DNA of 63,004 nucleotides, filler included, from Basidiobolus ranarum (Eukaryota): NCBI GenBank assembly GCA_040143965.1. It is 56 parts of 56 records of this genome, joined end to end, with 100 filler letters (N's around TTAATTAATTAA, not from the genome) between each part and the next. Parts side by side here need not be neighbours in the genome. Positions count along the whole stretch, not along the records: positions 36,156 to 37,180 come from JASJQH010013652.1; positions 37,281 to 38,305 come from JASJQH010013653.1; positions 38,406 to 39,430 come from JASJQH010013654.1; positions 39,531 to 40,555 come from JASJQH010013655.1; positions 40,656 to 41,679 come from JASJQH010013656.1; positions 41,780 to 42,803 come from JASJQH010013657.1; positions 42,904 to 43,927 come from JASJQH010013658.1; positions 44,028 to 45,051 come from JASJQH010013659.1; 48 more parts are not named here. The stretch is one strand, 5' to 3'. Of this stretch, positions 36,156 through 48,522 are shown in pieces. The notes under the pieces are model-generated. The model ran no database searches. It saw only the letters and a program-made list of their open reading frames with translations, and was not told the DNA's origin. How positions within the stretch are numbered: the stretch's first letter is position 1; every line of letters starts with the position of its first letter. The position numbers were made by a program, and so were the translations under genes.

Positions 36156-37180
36156 GAGCATGTGTGCAAGGTTTGGGGCTTCTTTGAAAAATCTGTATGT
36201 CTGAAACTTCTCAGTTGGTAAGAATATTCCAAGAAAATTCCAATTTAGAATTATGTACAATATCTTAGTTCACTATAAGATAACTAAGTACTAAGCTATA
36301 TATGACTATAAGGGTGTTTAGGCAATGCTAACTTCAACAGTGTTTAGGCAATGCTAATTTCAACACACTCTCTCTCAACTAAATAGTCACATAAGCTAAT
36401 GCTGATAAAGGTCTAAATTTCTCAAATTTCTGTCTAGCTTAGTTTAGATTAATATAGCAGCAAACATGTCTTTTGTAGTACAATAAGTTAAGTCAATAAA
36501 CTTATTTTCTACAGTCTCTCAAATGAAGTGATGCTTGATATCTATATGTTTGCTTCTATAATGAAACATGGGATTTTCAGCTAATATGATGCAACTTTGA
36601 TTAACTTGAAATATAGTAGTTGGTGAATTTTGAGAATAACCTAAATCTGTTAAGAGTTTTCTTAATCATATTGCTTCTTTTGTTGCTCTACAGGCAGCAA
36701 TGTATTCTGCTTCTGTTGTTGAAAATGCTACAGTAGGTTGTTTTTTGAATTTCAAGAAATAGCTCCTTTACAGCAAAAAAATAAGTATCCTGTTGTAGAT
36801 CTCTTGTCTTCAATATCTTTTCCCCAATTTGCATCTGAATATCTCATCAGATCAAAGTTTGATCTAGAATATGTGTATTCTAAGCACAGATCCTCAGTAC
36901 CATTTGAATATCTGAAAATCTGCTTAACAGCTATGATTTGATCAGATCCATAATCTGAAGATATTGGCACATAACTCCCACAGAATATGCAGTGTATGGC
37001 TACATTCCAATCATGATATACATCTAACTAAAAACTATAGACTGATAAGGAAATTTCTGGCTTTCATTTGAATCCAAGAACATCTAATCTGAGCCATTTT
37101 TGGTCAAGTTAAGATTTGTCTCCAATGGGGTAGATACAGAATTACATTCTTCCATTTTGAACTTCTTTAGTATATCTAGG
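36156..37180 (-). mobile_element. Ty1/copia RT-RNase H, polypurine tract and LTR-A (36156-36365)
   Basis: YSDANWGKDIEDKRSTTGY, STTEAEYIA, KHIDIKHHF; GTTGAGAGAGAG polypurine tract. Confidence 0.92.
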
Positions 37181-37280
37181 NNNNNNNNNNNNNNNNNNNN
37201 NNNNNNNNNNNNNNNNNNNNNNNNTTAATTAATTAANNNNNNNNNNNNNNNNNNNNNNNNNNNNNNNNNNNNNNNNNNNN

Positions 37281-38305
37281 GGTTAATATACTCTGGAGTC
37301 TCCTTAACCCATTGCATTATGTCCATCACTGATTTTGCTGATACATTGTTAATCAGATTAGCAGACAGTAATACTGACAATTTCACATGGGGCATCATTT
37401 TGCTGCAGGTGCCCTACATTGGGAACTCCCAGAATGTATAGCAAGGGCCTATAATTTCTGAGCATTGTGAAACATGCAGCAGGGAATATATTCAATACCA
37501 GCATAGATTCAGTCTATCTTCTTTAAACCTGTAATAAAATTTTTCATATCCATTTACAAGATCTTTGCACAGTTGCTATTTCTGCCTGAGATCTACCAAT
37601 GTGAGTTGATGCCATAAGAATATATTAACAATATTGAACAACATCTCCCAATGTTGCGAATACTCATCGGACAGAAATCTTTTCAAGATTCCACTTGACT
37701 ATATACATTTCCAATACTTCCAGTCTTTGCATTTAGGTAAATGCCTAGATGAGTGGATATTGATGAGAGTCCTGGTAAAATATGATGGTATCTTGACGCT
37801 TTCATGTACTTTCCCAATCAATTCAAACTTTGATCCTATCACAAGTGGCTCATTCATATTGAATTTTCCACTATATAGCTGAGCCCTTTTAGCAATATAA
37901 TATTAGGCTTATGGCTAATACCAAGCTTGATGTTAGACTGACTATTTGGTGAATTGATATCAGTGATCATGTTGGAATCTGACTGGGCTCTTGACAGTAA
38001 AATCGTGCAGTTTAGTGTTGTATTTGTACAGTAGTAATGCATATACCTGATAGAGTAAACTGCATTGATTTGACAAAATCTATAGCAAGATAGTGCATTG
38101 TTGCCACAAAAACCTCCAAGTTTACTGATGGCAGGAGTGTCACCAATACCTTCAATGATATTAGCCTTAATATAATAATCACCCATCTGAACCCCATTTG
38201 ATTACCATTCAAATCCCATAATCAAAGGCTCTAAGAAGCTATCTATAAGCACTGGTGATTTAGGTCCAGATATGATGTATAGTATCAAAATATTATGACT
38301 CTTAT
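37281..38305 (-). mobile_element. CACTA-like transposase fragment
   Basis: GDTPAISKLGGFCG.NALSCYRFC..FWEFPM. Confidence 0.88.
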
Positions 38306-38729
38306 NNNNNNNNNNNNNNNNNNNNNNNNNNNNNNNNNNNNNNNNNNNNTTAATTAATTAANNNNNNNNNNNNNNNNNNNNNNNNNNNNNNNNNNNNNNN
38401 NNNNNATATATATAATATATGTTCCGATTTTCAGCTAAGTGATATTTGACTAAGTAATGTTAACTAACTTATATGTGATATATGAAATAGTTAGGTGTAT
38501 AAAGATAGAGATAACATATATGATAATGACAATAAATTCAACAATGCATTGGAGTACCTACTGCTGATCAAGATATCATAGTTACAGTCCTGAATAGCCT
38601 GCCACACAAGTTTCCCTTCAAGCACAAGTTACATCTTGAATTTCCATTCATGGAAAACTTCCCCATTGAATGTTGGAATATTAGTAATCTTCTTTTGGGA
38701 AGAAGACTCTAATTCACTGACAGCTACCT

Positions 38730-39045
38730 TGTTGGAGGAACTTGACATAATGGGGGTAGACTTTGTATATTAGAAGCAACTTATGATATTGTGTTTTAGT
38801 TACTTTATTCTTAAGAGTATAGCATGACTTATACAGTAGAAAAGCAAATCAATAGTTTGAGATATTCAGGAGTTTGTGTCATAAGATATAATAGCTAAGT
38901 GGGGGCAAGAGCACATACTTGTTATATAGATATAGAGATATTCCTATTTAGAACATAGGGGTAGAGATATGCTGCTTTCTGCTTCTGATATATGTATCAA
39001 TACCAAAGTTAACTAAGATGTTGAATAAAGATTAATTATCCAACA
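38730..39045 (-). repeat. Complete copia LTR-B without matching TSD, inside a patchwork of TE scraps
   Basis: TGTTGGAGGA..TATCCAACA; flanks TACCT and AATTC differ. Confidence 0.9.
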
Positions 39046-39530
39046 AATTCTCTTAATATTAGCTTTGACATCATATCTGCTATGGCATCCTTTCTTAGCA
39101 ATCTTGTACTTATTCATCCAGGTTACCTTGTATGGAAGTTGTGTTCTTTAGAATATTCCATGAAACTCAACCAGTCAGATAAGGAGTTTTCAAGCTTATG
39201 CTATAAGCCCTGAACTTGGTACAAATGCTCCTGGGACCTCCCTAATATTGGGAAAATATGGGCTGCTTGGAGGAACTTTAGAAAAGTGGAGTTGTGAATA
39301 GCTTTGTGAGATAATTGTGTATTGTCCAGAAATAAAGCATTTATACTTTTTGGTGGAAATACAGAAAACTAACACTGGGGTTGTGTTCAGAACATCTGTG
39401 GGAGTAAAATGAGCTATCTTTGGGGCAATTNNNNNNNNNNNNNNNNNNNNNNNNNNNNNNNNNNNNNNNNNNNNTTAATTAATTAANNNNNNNNNNNNNN
39501 NNNNNNNNNNNNNNNNNNNNNNNNNNNNNN

Positions 39531-40555
39531 ATGATTCCCAACCAGAAGAGATCAAAATTAGACCAAAAAAGCCAGAAATGTCTTTTTTTGGGATATTGTG
39601 ATGGAACAAAAGGGTACAGGCTATATGACACTGAAAATAAGAAGCTAATCAAGTCAAGGGACGTGGAATTTGTGGAAGAAGAAAAATTTTCAGTCAAAAC
39701 AATCCAGGATCAAGAAAAACAACCAAAAATTGATGAAAATTCTACTTTCTCTCACCAGATCTTGATCAGTGAGAAAAACACTGAAAATCTCTCACCTGCA
39801 GTGTCCTCAACCAAGCCTGAGGTGGTTTCATTGCCTAAATTGGTACCAGAAGTTGTAGTGCCAATTTCCCATCTTAGGAGATCCAATCGGATGAGATCTC
39901 CACCTGATTACTACTCTCACACTAGCCAAAAGGAGCCTAGTGCTAATTTAGCCTTTTCTGATGAACCCAAATCAGTACAGGAGGCTATGGAGAGTCCCAA
40001 CACGAAGTTTTGGAGTGCTGCAATGGCAGAGGAGTATCAGTCACTCATAGATAACCAAACTTGGACTTTGGTTAAGTTACCTGATGACCAAAAATCAATT
40101 GGATGCAAATGGGGATTTAAAGTTAAACAGCAAACTGATGGATCTGTAAAGAGATATACAGCCAGACTTGTGGCTAAAGGATACTCTCAAATGGAAGGAG
40201 TGGACTACAATGAAACATTGGCTCCTGTAGCAAAATTTAATTCCTTCAGAACCATACTAGCAGCAGCAGCAATACAGAGCTTAAAAATCCATCAAATTGA
40301 TGTTGAAACTGCTTTTTTGAATGGGGACTTGGAAGAGGATATATTCATAGTTCAAACAGATGGTGTTGTGGATCCTGAGCACCCTGAGGATGCGTGTAAG
40401 CTTCAAAAATCACTTTATTGACTTAAACAATACTCAGGGCCTGGTACACTAAGATAGACACATACTTGGAATCACCTGATTTCCAAAAGAGTATGGAGGA
40501 TTTTGGGATCTACTTTTAGACAGATAATGACAGTAAGGTGATACTTGCCTTTGAT
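39531..40555 (+). mobile_element. Ty1/copia integrase C-terminus and RT
   Basis: KLDQKSQKCLFLGY, SRDVEF, ARLVAKGYSQMEGVDYNET, IHQIDVETAFLNGDL, LQKSLY. Confidence 0.95.
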
Positions 40556-40655
40556 NNNNNNNNNNNNNNNNNNNNNNNNNNNNNNNNNNNNNNNNNNNNT
40601 TAATTAATTAANNNNNNNNNNNNNNNNNNNNNNNNNNNNNNNNNNNNNNNNNNNN

Positions 40656-41679
40656 TGGGCTGTTGTGTAGGCTTAATGGTCCAACACATATTCTGTTTTG
40701 CTAGAATGTCATGGTGACATTTGTATATATGGTGTGGAATTACATGAAATCACAAATGAGAATGGCTGGTGGGAGCAGCATGTTGCTGTAGCTCAAGTTC
40801 AGTAGTCTGAAGAGTGTGTATCATTTGTTGAGTGAATCTCTTACTGTTGCCCAGTTGCTTTGGAACATTTAGATGCTTCAGAACATGTAGTTGTTTCCAA
40901 AAGCTGCATTAATTTAATATTGTGGCAATTTTTCCTGTCACTGCCTGTGTAGCAACTTAGTAATTTACTTATGATCATGTACAAATCATTATGGTGTTCT
41001 GCCTGTGATTATCTTTTTGGCATGATTCTATCCAAATTTTGTATGGAGGGTTCTTCAATAGTTGACAAAGTAGCCATTTTGGAAGTTGATGGTCTTGATG
41101 GTGTTTCTGTTGAGCTTAGCTCAACTATTGATTTACTATTTGACAGGGGGATTACAATCTGTTCACTTGCACCACTGCTGGAAAGGAACACATCCAGTAA
41201 AATCATTAATACTTCATCCTTACTTCAGTTTGTTACTGAAATGTTAATCCCTTCTTAAGTGGATAGTGTACTGCTAGACAGCTCATCCATCTAGTCATTG
41301 GTTCTTGCTGATTTTGTTGCTTCTGTGTCAGCAGGCTTTTGCCTATAAATTAATTTGGAATATGATCTAGAAGGCCATTTGAATGGTATTGAACTTTTCA
41401 TATGGTATACTTGGTGTAATAAAATTGCTAAGACACAGCTTATAAAGAACCAAAATGGCAATCCATTACCAGAAGTATCTTGTAAATCTCCGGATGATTC
41501 ATCTGTGATACCATCTGAGAACTAGCTGATCATATTAATTGGATGTATCTAAAATACCACCAGTATGTAGGAGGTGTTCTTGTTCCTACAATATCCTCTT
41601 TATGCTCCAACACAAATGTTCAAAGAAGCCCTGTTATTAATGTCACAAATTCTTGTGCTATGGAAGCTGGAGGCTTCAT
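40656..41679 (-). mobile_element. CACTA-like ORF2, N-terminal part
   Basis: SRPSTSKMATLSTIE etc. shared with 29399-30425. Confidence 0.72.
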
Positions 41680-41779
41680 NNNNNNNNNNNNNNNNNNNNN
41701 NNNNNNNNNNNNNNNNNNNNNNNTTAATTAATTAANNNNNNNNNNNNNNNNNNNNNNNNNNNNNNNNNNNNNNNNNNNN

Positions 41780-41901
41780 TCTTCAAACTTCCAAGTAAAT
41801 TCCGATATCGAATAATGGGAGATATCTTAGTTCAATATAGGATAACTAAATACTAAGCTATATATGACTATATAGGTGTTTAGGCAATGCCAATTTCAAC
41901 A
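41780..41901 (-). repeat. Copia LTR-A 5' end, about 480 bp downstream of an ABC transporter gene
   Basis: ..TTAGGCAATGCCAATTTCAACA. Confidence 0.82.
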
Positions 41902-42383
41902 CAATTCGTATTGAGGGTGTTGATATAGTGCAGAGGACTCAAAACTTGTAGTAAAGACTAGCTGTCTCCAGAGAAACTTGAGAGACAGTATCATTCGATT
42001 TTGAATTCAAAAATGTCAAAAAGCAGCATGAAAGCTATCACAATGTAAATGTTGAGGTAATATCTACGTCTCGATTTAACATCTACATACGAGACTGTCA
42101 AAATTGGTCACTCTTGAAAATACAGAGATCGCAAGAGAAAGTATTAAAAAGATTAATCACGCATGGTTCATCATGCGTCTTTAGGTTAACTCTGAAAATA
42201 AGATATTTATTCAAATATTGGGGGAAAATGAAGGAATAATCTTTGAGATGCTTATATAAAGAAGTGATAAAATGAATTAATTAGGCGTTATTTACGTATA
42301 TAATGCAAGGTAGGTGCTAATTGAATGCGGAGGATAATGAATTTTCTGCCAAAGTATTATAATTGCAAAGACCTACTATATGA

Positions 42384-42803
42384 TTAGCGTTTAGTTTTTC
42401 TGAACAACCAAATGAACACTAGGGTGGCAAAAATGTTGAAGGCCCAGAAGCCAATGGTGATGCCAAGATTTCTCCAACGATGGCTGAATTCCCAGCCTAA
42501 TGTTGCAGTGAAATCTTGGCCATGTGTATAAGGGCAGTAGCTACAAAGCCCGGTGGTACTGTTATTAGCCAAATAACCAGGGGCTGCTTTAAGGAACTCC
42601 GCTGCGTACTGTCCGCAGGTTTGTCCAGTTGGGGCCAGGAACTTGATGAAATCGCTCTCCTTGCAGTTGACCTTGAAGTCTTGTAACTCATTGACCATCA
42701 ATCCTTCCAAGAAATAATGATAAGGATCAAGCCAATACATCCAAGATCTCCAGAAGGTTGGGAGTCCTTGTGGTGTCAGTATGAGACCCGCTAGAAGATT
42801 GAG
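42384..42803 (-). CDS. PDR/CDR-type (ABCG) ABC transporter, C-terminus
   Basis: LPTFWRSWMYWLDPYHYFLEGL, PTGQTCGQY, CSYCPY, RWRNLGI. Confidence 0.93.
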   Translation of the reverse strand, partial: LNLLAGLILTPQGLPTFWRSWMYWLDPYHYFLEGLMVNELQDFKVNCKESDFIKFLAPTGQTCGQYAAEFLKAAPGYLANNSTTGLCSYCPYTHGQDFTATLGWEFSHRWRNLGITIGFWAFNIFATLVFIWLFRKTKR

Positions 42804-42903
42804 NNNNNNNNNNNNNNNNNNNNNNNNNNNNNNNNNNNNNNNNNNNNTTAATTAATTAANNNNNNNNNNNNNNNNNNNNNNNNNNNNNNNNNNNNNNNNN
42901 NNN

Positions 42904-43927
42904 AAGAAAGAGGATTTAGGAATTGTTTGTGAACGCTTTACAACTAGTAAACTAAAAGATTATGATGACTTAATGTCAATTGGAACATATGGCTTTCGAG
43001 GTGAAGCTCTTGCTAGTATTAGTCACGTAGCTCACCTTACGATAACCACGAAAACACAGGATTCTTCTTGCGCATACAGGTAACTAATAGGAGCACTAGT
43101 AAATTTTATACTGTTGTTCTGTTGTGTCGATATTAAATCTATATACGCATAGAGCTTGCTATTCAGATGGGAAACTTGCAGCTCCTAAGCCTGGAGTGAG
43201 TGTTGATCCTAAACCATGCGCTGGGAATAATGGAACTCAAATAACGGTATTCTGGGAGCCAATATGATTCGACATTTTTCAATAACCTGCTGATCATAAT
43301 TTCTTCAGGTGGAAGACTTGTTTTATAATGTACCTACTAGACGAAAGGCTCTCAAAAATGCTTCCGAGGAATACAACAAAATATTAGATGTGGTCAATCG
43401 TTATGCAATTCATAACCCTGGAATCAGTTTTACATGCAAGAAGGTTTTTTTGTAGCAATATTATCAACTTCTTCGTGTCCACTATATTAACCCTTCCATT
43501 TCGCTTGTAATAATAGCAAGGTACCAATAGAGCAGATGTACATACCAGCTCAACAGCCACCATAGTCGATAATATTCGACAAATATATGGGAATAGTGTA
43601 GCTTCGGAATTGCTTGAATTAAAATATAAATCAGAAAATCTCGAATTCGATGTAAATGGATGGGTTTCTAATGCCAACTACAACGCGAAAAAAATGACCA
43701 TGCTTTTATTTATCAATCGTAAATTTGTTTACTTAATATACAATTTCTACATAAGAGTTCTTATATTGTTTTCTAATTACAGATAGAGCTGTAGAAAATG
43801 TCTCGATCAAACGAGCCGTTGAGAATATTTATAGCACATACTTACCTAAAAGTACCCATCCTTTTATATATCTTAGTATTGACATGAAGCCGTTAAACGT
43901 AGATGTCAATGTACATCCTACAAAGCG
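42904..43927 (+). CDS. MLH1: DNA mismatch repair protein MLH1, internal part; exons 42904-43079, 43153-43246, 43309-43443, 43517-43718, 43783-43927
   Basis: [53 protein letters not shown]; four GT-AG introns keep the frame. Confidence 0.96.
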
Positions 43928-44027
43928 NNNNNNNNNNNNNNNNNNNNNNNNNNNNNNNNNNNNNNNNNNNNTTAATTAATTAANNNNNNNNNNNNNNNNN
44001 NNNNNNNNNNNNNNNNNNNNNNNNNNN

Positions 44028-44546
44028 CTTACCCCAGTAGGGCAAGGTGAATTTATAGCCGTTAACGCTGACTACCTTTCCGGGGCTCCAACCAGCTTTT
44101 AATAGCGCCAGGGCAGAATATCCTGGCCCTTTAATAACCGAGTCATAATTTGCAGGATCATTTTTCTGATTGTAAGAAATGGCCTTATTGTTGAATGGAG
44201 CCTGAGTAGGAGGAGCAGAACAGGTCTTCTTTTGCTCCTCGTAGCCGGCTAAGGTTTCATACGAAAAACCTTCGTTATTTATGGTTTCATAGGTGAACTC
44301 ACCCGGCCCTACAATTGTTTCGTAGGTATCAGGACGTGTCCCTGTTATGATATATTCTTCGGAACCATCACTCTGCTTGATGGTTTCTGTAGTGTAGACC
44401 ATACCATCTGGATCAGGGGAGGTTTTGGTAGGAGTAGAACCACCATCCACTCCTCCACCACTGCCATACCCGTCGTTCTCGTTTCCTGGTTCACCATAAG
44501 CACCTAACAGTAACGTAGATAGCACCAGGAGATGTTGAAGAAGCAT
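44028..44546 (-). CDS. Secreted protein with YET repeats and a bacterial-like domain, partial
   Basis: Signal peptide; G/S/T/D linker; three YET[IL] repeats at 10-aa spacing; FNNKAIS..ANYD..GYSALALLKAGWSPG..VNGYKFTLP; TATAAAA upstream. Confidence 0.85.
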
Positions 44547-45151
44547 GGTAGGAATGGCAGGATAGAAAGGAAGGATGGAGTTTAAATCTCAACCACAGCT
44601 CAATCAAGAACAATTTTCTTCTTTTATACGTTGAATAAATGCGGTGTTTCAAATCGATACACAAATAACAGATCAGTTTCCGATGGTTATGATCAGCTGC
44701 AGGAGCAATTGCACCCTACTGTAGTTATCTAATATAAATTATACTAACCAAATCAAAAATACTGAAACCCAGAATTTTCGTGCGATTCAAATCTGGTTTA
44801 CACCTGGGACAGGGTGTTGATGAATTGATTTAATCTCTTTCATAATATTGAGGACTGTTGACGATCTTACAAGTTCACGCATCTTTAGGCCAGTCATGAA
44901 ATGCTTGGAGCAATTAGTTTTGATCGTAGCAGGGATCACCAATTTGCTATATTTACATTCACCAGAAATTTCTTCCGGCGACTTTTCCTCGGTTTATGGA
45001 ATATAATGGCTGCGACGATGTTCAGTGCTTGAGAAAGGAAGATGTGGTCGCNNNNNNNNNNNNNNNNNNNNNNNNNNNNNNNNNNNNNNNNNNNNTTAAT
45101 TAATTAANNNNNNNNNNNNNNNNNNNNNNNNNNNNNNNNNNNNNNNNNNNN

Positions 45152-45878
45152 TAAACTCAACCAGCAGTGTCTTGACAAGGATGCACTTAGAGCAATTATC
45201 CAAAGGTGGAAGGTACCTTTGCCTTAGCAGGGAAGCTTGGGAAAGATGGGATATAAGAAGGAAGCCAACCTTGGGGGGTTTCAAGGTTGCAGAACAGGGA
45301 TGGAGAGAAGTCTATAGGCAAGTATAAGTAGTCTGATCAAACTGTCACAATAAGGAACTGGACAAGCATTGAGAACAACAACAAGAGGCTAGAAGGCAGG
45401 AGAGGACTTGTGTGTAGACCACAAGACAAGACAGGATAGGGAAGATACTTTGGCAATAATCTTTATTGATAACTGGCATTAATCAGACTGAGTTCTGATC
45501 AAGGAATACATGGTGCTTATATAGATATTGCAAGGTGAAACATAATATACTGAATAGGGAATATACTGTGGCAAGTTTGAGAGTTGGGGTGTTAGGGACA
45601 ACAAGGACCAATACAAAGAGGGATGATGTAAGGATTATGTAAGGAAGATCAGGTGATCTTCCATAGAAGGTATTGGCAGAAGTACACAATGTGTGGGATG
45701 ACATGACTGATTGAGTTTCCTGGAATGTTCCAAAGAACATGACTTCCATAAAAGGTAATCTGGATGAACTAACAACAGATTGCCAAGAAGGAATGACGCA
45801 GCTGATATGATGTCATAATCTAATAATAGAGGAGTTCTATTTGCAGTGGATCAGTATGCCAAGATCAGAATCATGACA
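45152..45878 (-). mobile_element. Gypsy LTR type C (45343-45878) and leader
   Basis: TGTCA..TGACA termini; reverse complement of 53170-53900. Confidence 0.85.
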
Positions 45879-46275
45879 CTCCATCCTAACAATCTACTAA
45901 GGCAGCAATCTGCTACAATGCATACCTCCATGAGACCAAGACAACAGGTGTTTGAAAGATATAGTGAAGCTCTTACTGAGCTTGAAGAAGCCACAACAGT
46001 TGAACACAAACCTCAAGGTGATAATATGCTCTGATGCATTCTGCCATGAAACAGAGGTCACGGCAGCCAGTCAAAAGAGATGAAGCTTCTACGATGGTTG
46101 AAGAGGCAAGAACTGCAAAACGCAAACCGCATGTTATGCAACTTGCTCTAACACATACTGTAATGCAACCACGGCNNNNNNNNNNNNNNNNNNNNNNNNN
46201 NNNNNNNNNNNNNNNNNNNTTAATTAATTAANNNNNNNNNNNNNNNNNNNNNNNNNNNNNNNNNNNNNNNNNNNN

Positions 46276-46958
46276 TCTACTGTATGTATCTTCACTGGAG
46301 GAAAATATTTGGTTGATAAGCATCCTCTCTCTTCATCAGTGTAGGCAAAGACATGGTCATATTTCTTTGGCATATTCAAGAATAGTGCTTTCTCTTCTTT
46401 TGTTAAAGTAGTGCCAAGATGAATTGCCTGTAATCTTTGTTCTGTAAGACAAGTTGTACTTTTCTTTACTGGTTCCATTACTGCATCACTATATTCAGCT
46501 GAAGGAAGTTTTCTGGATACTGGCTTTACTTTCTGGCTTACAGGCTTGTATTTTGTAAATGAGTGTGGAGTTGTGTTTCCTGGTTTAAAAGTATGGTATG
46601 TAAGCACTTCTCTCTGTTGTTCTTTGATAATTACTGGTACATCTGAGGAGTTTCTGATATGAATACTTTTACCAGCACAGAAAGTAGTTCTTCTTTTTCT
46701 GTCCTCTGATGTTATTGTTAAACATAGACTACCATCTGGTCTATTGTCAGCTTGCAATAAAGCTCTTCCTTCATATGGTCTTCCAAGTAGTATGTCAAAG
46801 GATGGTCTATCTGATACAATAAAGAAGGGTGATGATACTTTGACTCCACCAATATCTAATGATACTGCATGACAGACTCCTATCATCTTCTCAGAAGCAC
46901 CATTTGCAGTTTTATTTAAGAAGAAATAGCCATTGATATCATTTCTTAACATCACCAC
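46276..46958 (-). mobile_element. Ty3/gypsy protease-RT junction (same clade as 27144-28171)
   Basis: TANGASE, FDILLGRPY, KYKPVSQKVKPV, VFAYTDEERG..PPVKIHTV. Confidence 0.85.
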
Positions 46959-47299
46959 CCAGTCATTCTTGGTATGTCATGGCTCAAGCAGCACAACCCA
47001 GTAATCAATTGGAAGAGGAAGATTATGAGGGTCAAGCAAACTCCATCTCCTAGTGCATACTTGCCGACCTGCAAAGTATCCAACTCATCACCAGCCCAAC
47101 TCCTAAAGACATCTATAAAGTCAATATCTGTTGACAGTCTTGCTGAAGAGCTAAAACCAACAAAACCTATGGTTCATCAGCTTCTACCCAAATGCCAAGC
47201 CTTTGCTGATGTCTTTGACAAGAAGAAATCTGATATACTCCCAGAGCACTGCCCATATGATTGCCCTATAGATCTACAAGAAGGAAAACAACCACCATT
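46959..47299 (+). mobile_element. Tf1/sushi-type gypsy protease-RT junction
   Basis: VILGMSWLKQHNPVINW, FADVFDKK..LPEH.PYDCPIDL. Confidence 0.88.
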
Positions 47300-47399
47300 N
47301 NNNNNNNNNNNNNNNNNNNNNNNNNNNNNNNNNNNNNNNNNNNTTAATTAATTAANNNNNNNNNNNNNNNNNNNNNNNNNNNNNNNNNNNNNNNNNNNN

Positions 47400-48422
47400 A
47401 ACTTTGCACAGTTGCTGTATCTACCGGAGATCTGCCAATGTGAGTTGATGCTCTAGGAATATATTAACAATATTGACAAACCATTCCCAATGTTGCCAAT
47501 ACTTATCAGGCAGAAATCTTTTCGAAATTCCACTTGATTATATATAAATCCTATACTTCAAGTCTTTGCACTTGAATGAATGCCTAGATGAGTGGATATT
47601 AATGGGAGTCCTGGTAAAATATGATGGTATCTTGACATTTTCAAGCATTTTCCCAATCAATTCAAACTTTGATCCTATCTTAATTGGCTCATTCATATTG
47701 AATTTTCCACTATATAGCTGAGTAAGCAGTATTGGAATGTTGTTGAATAGCAAGTACACAGTGCCCAAGCTCTGGCTCCAGCTGATCTCCTTTAGCAACA
47801 TAATCTTAGGCTTATGGCTAATACCAACTCAGATGTTAGACTGACTATTTGGTGAATTGATATCAGTGATCATGCTGAAATCTGATCAAGCTCTTGATGG
47901 TAAATTCATGGAGTTTAGTGTTGTATTTGAATAGTACTAATGCATATGCCTGATAGAGTAAACTCCATTGATTTGACAAAATCTACAGCAAGATGGTGCA
48001 TTGTGCCCACAAAAACCTCAGATTCTGGTAATAATATCCATCAAGTATATTGGTAATACCATCAGCTTTATGGGGAGTACTTTGGTACTGGATCAATGAT
48101 CTATATTTGGGTGATTTCATCAAAGCCTTAAGACAAGGAATCAAAGGTATGTAAGCCAAATATGAACAATATTTACCTGATTCAGTGATTGCCAATTGTG
48201 TGCAAACTGTACACAACTTCAGGTTTTTCAGATCACTGGTGAAAGCCAAACAACTATTTGGACATGAAGGTAGTTTTATTACTGAAGGATTCTAAGTCAG
48301 ATGATTCACAAGTGTTTTGCACCTGTACCAGATCTGTGGCAAGCAACAGTTGCAAATCAACTATGGTAAAAGTGTAAGAAAATCAATAGACACCTGTGTA
48401 CTAAGATTGGATTGAACTCTCC
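47400..48422 (-). mobile_element. CACTA-like transposase fragment with internal deletion
   Basis: Homologous to 33905-34930 and 58623-59643. Confidence 0.87.
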
Positions 48423-48522
48423 NNNNNNNNNNNNNNNNNNNNNNNNNNNNNNNNNNNNNNNNNNNNTTAATTAATTAANNNNNNNNNNNNNNNNNNNNNN
48501 NNNNNNNNNNNNNNNNNNNNNN

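Noticed and set aside
9063..42803. Apparent biosynthetic cluster (NRPS pieces, GGT, WrbA, ABC transporter)
   Set aside because: Genes are on separate size-sorted contigs, so there is no linkage evidence
43384..43677. 97-aa minus-strand ORF
   Set aside because: Antisense to MLH1 exons and an intron
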